Positions 43,238 to 44,581 of a DNA stretch of 44,581 nt are shown here, piece by piece. Origin of the DNA: Escherichia phage vB_EcoS-K1_SXAU_B4. The stretch lies in sequence record OQ696342.1. The stretch is one strand, 5' to 3'. The number at the start of each line of letters is the position of its first letter. Positions within the stretch are counted from its first letter, which is position 1. The notes beneath the pieces are model-generated. The model was not told the origin of the DNA and did not search any database. It saw only the letters and a list, made by a program, of their open reading frames with translations. A program made the position numbers and the translations under genes.

Positions 43238-43719
43238 AAGATATTGTAATTTTCGATTTAGATGGAACATTAGCAGACGGTACGCATCGCTTACACCTGT
43301 TGCCGAAAGATAACTACAACGAAACATGGGCGTGGAAACCATTTAACATGGCGTGCAAAGATGATGCGCCGATTAAAGATAACATCGAACTGTGTAACGC
43401 TCTTAATCGTCGCTATGCCGTTATTATTTTAACCGGCCGCAGTGATGACGCAGAAAAAGAAACAAGAATGTGGCTGCAGCGCCACCGCGTCGAATTTTAT
43501 CAGCTAATCATGCGTAGCAAACACGACAACAGAAAAGACATCGTAATTAAAGAAGAGGTGTTGCGCGCTATCGGGCTGGAAAGAATCTTGTGCGCATTCG
43601 ACGACTCGCCAGCGGTGATTAAGCATTTCCGTGGCTTAGGAATCACGACGCACGCGGTTACTGAATACGACTGTAACGGGAACTCTACACACTTAAAATC
43701 ACACGGGAGCGATAAATAA
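43234..43719 (+). CDS. HAD-family phosphatase (nucleotidase / polynucleotide 3'-phosphatase-like)
   Basis: 161 aa; FDLDGTL (DxDGT motif I), ILTGRS (motif II), FDDS (motif IV). Confidence 0.65.
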   Translation: MKDIVIFDLDGTLADGTHRLHLLPKDNYNETWAWKPFNMACKDDAPIKDNIELCNALNRRYAVIILTGRSDDAEKETRMWLQRHRVEFYQLIMRSKHDNRKDIVIKEEVLRAIGLERILCAFDDSPAVIKHFRGLGITTHAVTEYDCNGNSTHLKSHGSDK

Positions 43720-44288
43720 TGGCTAAGGTAATTATTCTTAATGGTCCTGCGGGTTGCGGGAAAGACACACTTGCTATGGCACTGGTAGAAATGGGCTTTG
43801 CGAAAGGAACTACCAGTTTCAAGAATCCAATGTTCAATATCGCTCTGGCGGCGTTAGGCCCGGATGTTTACCACGAGTTTCTCGACGGCTACGACGACCG
43901 GGCGCGGAAAGAAAAGCCAGAAGGCTTCCTTAATGGCTTGTCGCGGCGTCAGTTCATGATTGCTATATCTGAGCAATTCATTAAACCGGTACTTGGTAGT
44001 GATTATTTCGGTAAGTATCTTGCTGAAAACTTGCCAGACGGCGACGAAGTTTTTGTAGTGTCCGACGGCGGGTTCTCCAGCGAAGTAGCCCCTATCGTCG
44101 CCGCGGGTCATGATGTAAGAATCGTTCGCCTGCACCGAGAAGGCTATACGTTTGAGGGGGACAGCCGCGGTTATCTGTATGATATTGAGGGGGTAGTACA
44201 TCATGACGTCGCCGTCGTTCCGGGCGAGATTACATTAACGGCGGCTGCGATTGCTAATAGAATCCTAGGTATTTACCCAAATGCGTGA
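43719..44288 (+). CDS. P-loop kinase, dNMP kinase-like (T4 gp1-like)
   Basis: 189 aa; P-loop GPAGCGKDT resembles T4 dNMP kinase GVKRSGKDT. Confidence 0.6.
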   Translation: MAKVIILNGPAGCGKDTLAMALVEMGFAKGTTSFKNPMFNIALAALGPDVYHEFLDGYDDRARKEKPEGFLNGLSRRQFMIAISEQFIKPVLGSDYFGKYLAENLPDGDEVFVVSDGGFSSEVAPIVAAGHDVRIVRLHREGYTFEGDSRGYLYDIEGVVHHDVAVVPGEITLTAAAIANRILGIYPNA

Positions 44289-44295
44289 GGGCACA

Positions 44296-44457
44296 ATGGG
44301 AACAATATACGTTATCCGCGTATATGACGAAGAATGGGATGAGTGGGTTGATATTTACGCCGTAGGTAGCAAGGAAGAGGCCGCAAAAGAGATGACAGAA
44401 CGGAGTGACAGAGGTCAGTTAACTAACTTCTACGAAATGCCATTCAAAAGTGAGTAA
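44296..44457 (+). CDS. Small acidic hypothetical protein (53 aa)
   Basis: Manually found ORF (MGTIYVIRVYDEEWDEWVDIYAVGSKEEAAKEM...) followed by a terminator hairpin. Confidence 0.3.
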   Translation: MGTIYVIRVYDEEWDEWVDIYAVGSKEEAAKEMTERSDRGQLTNFYEMPFKSE

Positions 44458-44462
44458 GAAAA

Positions 44463-44487
44463 AGGCCCCGAAAGGGGCCTTAGTTTT
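44463..44487. terminator. Bidirectional terminator hairpin (aggcccc-gaaa-ggggcct, then TTTT)
   Basis: GC stem with a GNRA-like loop between the plus-strand island and the minus-strand tail gene end. Confidence 0.6.
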
Positions 44488-44581
44488 ATGCGTAGGTGAT
44501 ACGTTGAATTACGATAGACGACTGGTACTGGTTGCCTGTGGACTGCCCTTCTATACTTTGGGTAATTGATTCAGGGCCGGA
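44486..44581 (-). CDS. 3' end of the putative major tail protein gene that starts at 1158 (wraps across the window boundary)
   Basis: Frame continuity across the 87-bp duplicated end; stop is complement of TTA at 44486..44488. Confidence 0.5.
   Translation of the reverse strand, partial: SGPESITQSIEGQSTGNQYQSSIVIQRITYA

Noticed and set aside
1-44581. CRISPR array, integrase or lysogeny module
   Set aside because: No repeat-spacer array and no recombinase-like ORF were seen, so the Cro-like HTH protein is interpreted as a transcriptional regulator rather than evidence of a temperate lifestyle. This was not searched computationally.
44495-44581. 87-bp terminal direct repeat as genuine terminal redundancy
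   Set aside because: A gene reads straight through the junction and the copies are identical, which fits assembly closure overlap better; this cannot be excluded without read-end data.

Overview
The window is a complete, circularly closed tailed-phage genome of about 44.5 kb: bases 1..87 are repeated exactly at 44495..44581, so the unique length is 44,494 bp, and one minus-strand gene (putative major tail protein) runs across the window boundary. No tools were run; all calls come from reading the sequence and ORF translations against remembered family motifs. Layout: minus-strand head and neck module (1..13051: small and large terminase, portal, Mu-F-like head protein, scaffold, major capsid, Ig-like proteins, spanins); minus-strand small-gene and lysis block (13189..19147: two holin-like genes, GH24 endolysin); plus-strand replication module (19630..32499: primase/helicase, Cro-like HTH on the opposite strand, HNH-AP2 endonuclease, PD-(D/E)xK exonuclease, DUF2815-like SSB, family A DNA polymerase, VRR-NUC, C5-methyltransferase, SNF2-like helicase); minus-strand lambda-like tail module (32528..41709); and a plus-strand island (41877..44457: Imm-like membrane protein, metallophosphoesterase, HAD phosphatase, dNMP-kinase-like). 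No integrase, tRNA or CRISPR was seen. Main findings: (1) the DNA polymerase carries an intein in motif B whose HNH endonuclease is encoded in a different reading frame with its own RBS and start, nested inside the in-frame intein; (2) a promoter/terminator-bounded moron encodes a truncated beta sliding clamp (DnaN) homolog; (3) the C5-methyltransferase has its conserved motifs split across two frames; (4) a repeated promoter-leader cassette family shares an AATAG-N4-CTATT inverted-repeat core, a candidate operator for the Cro-like regulator.
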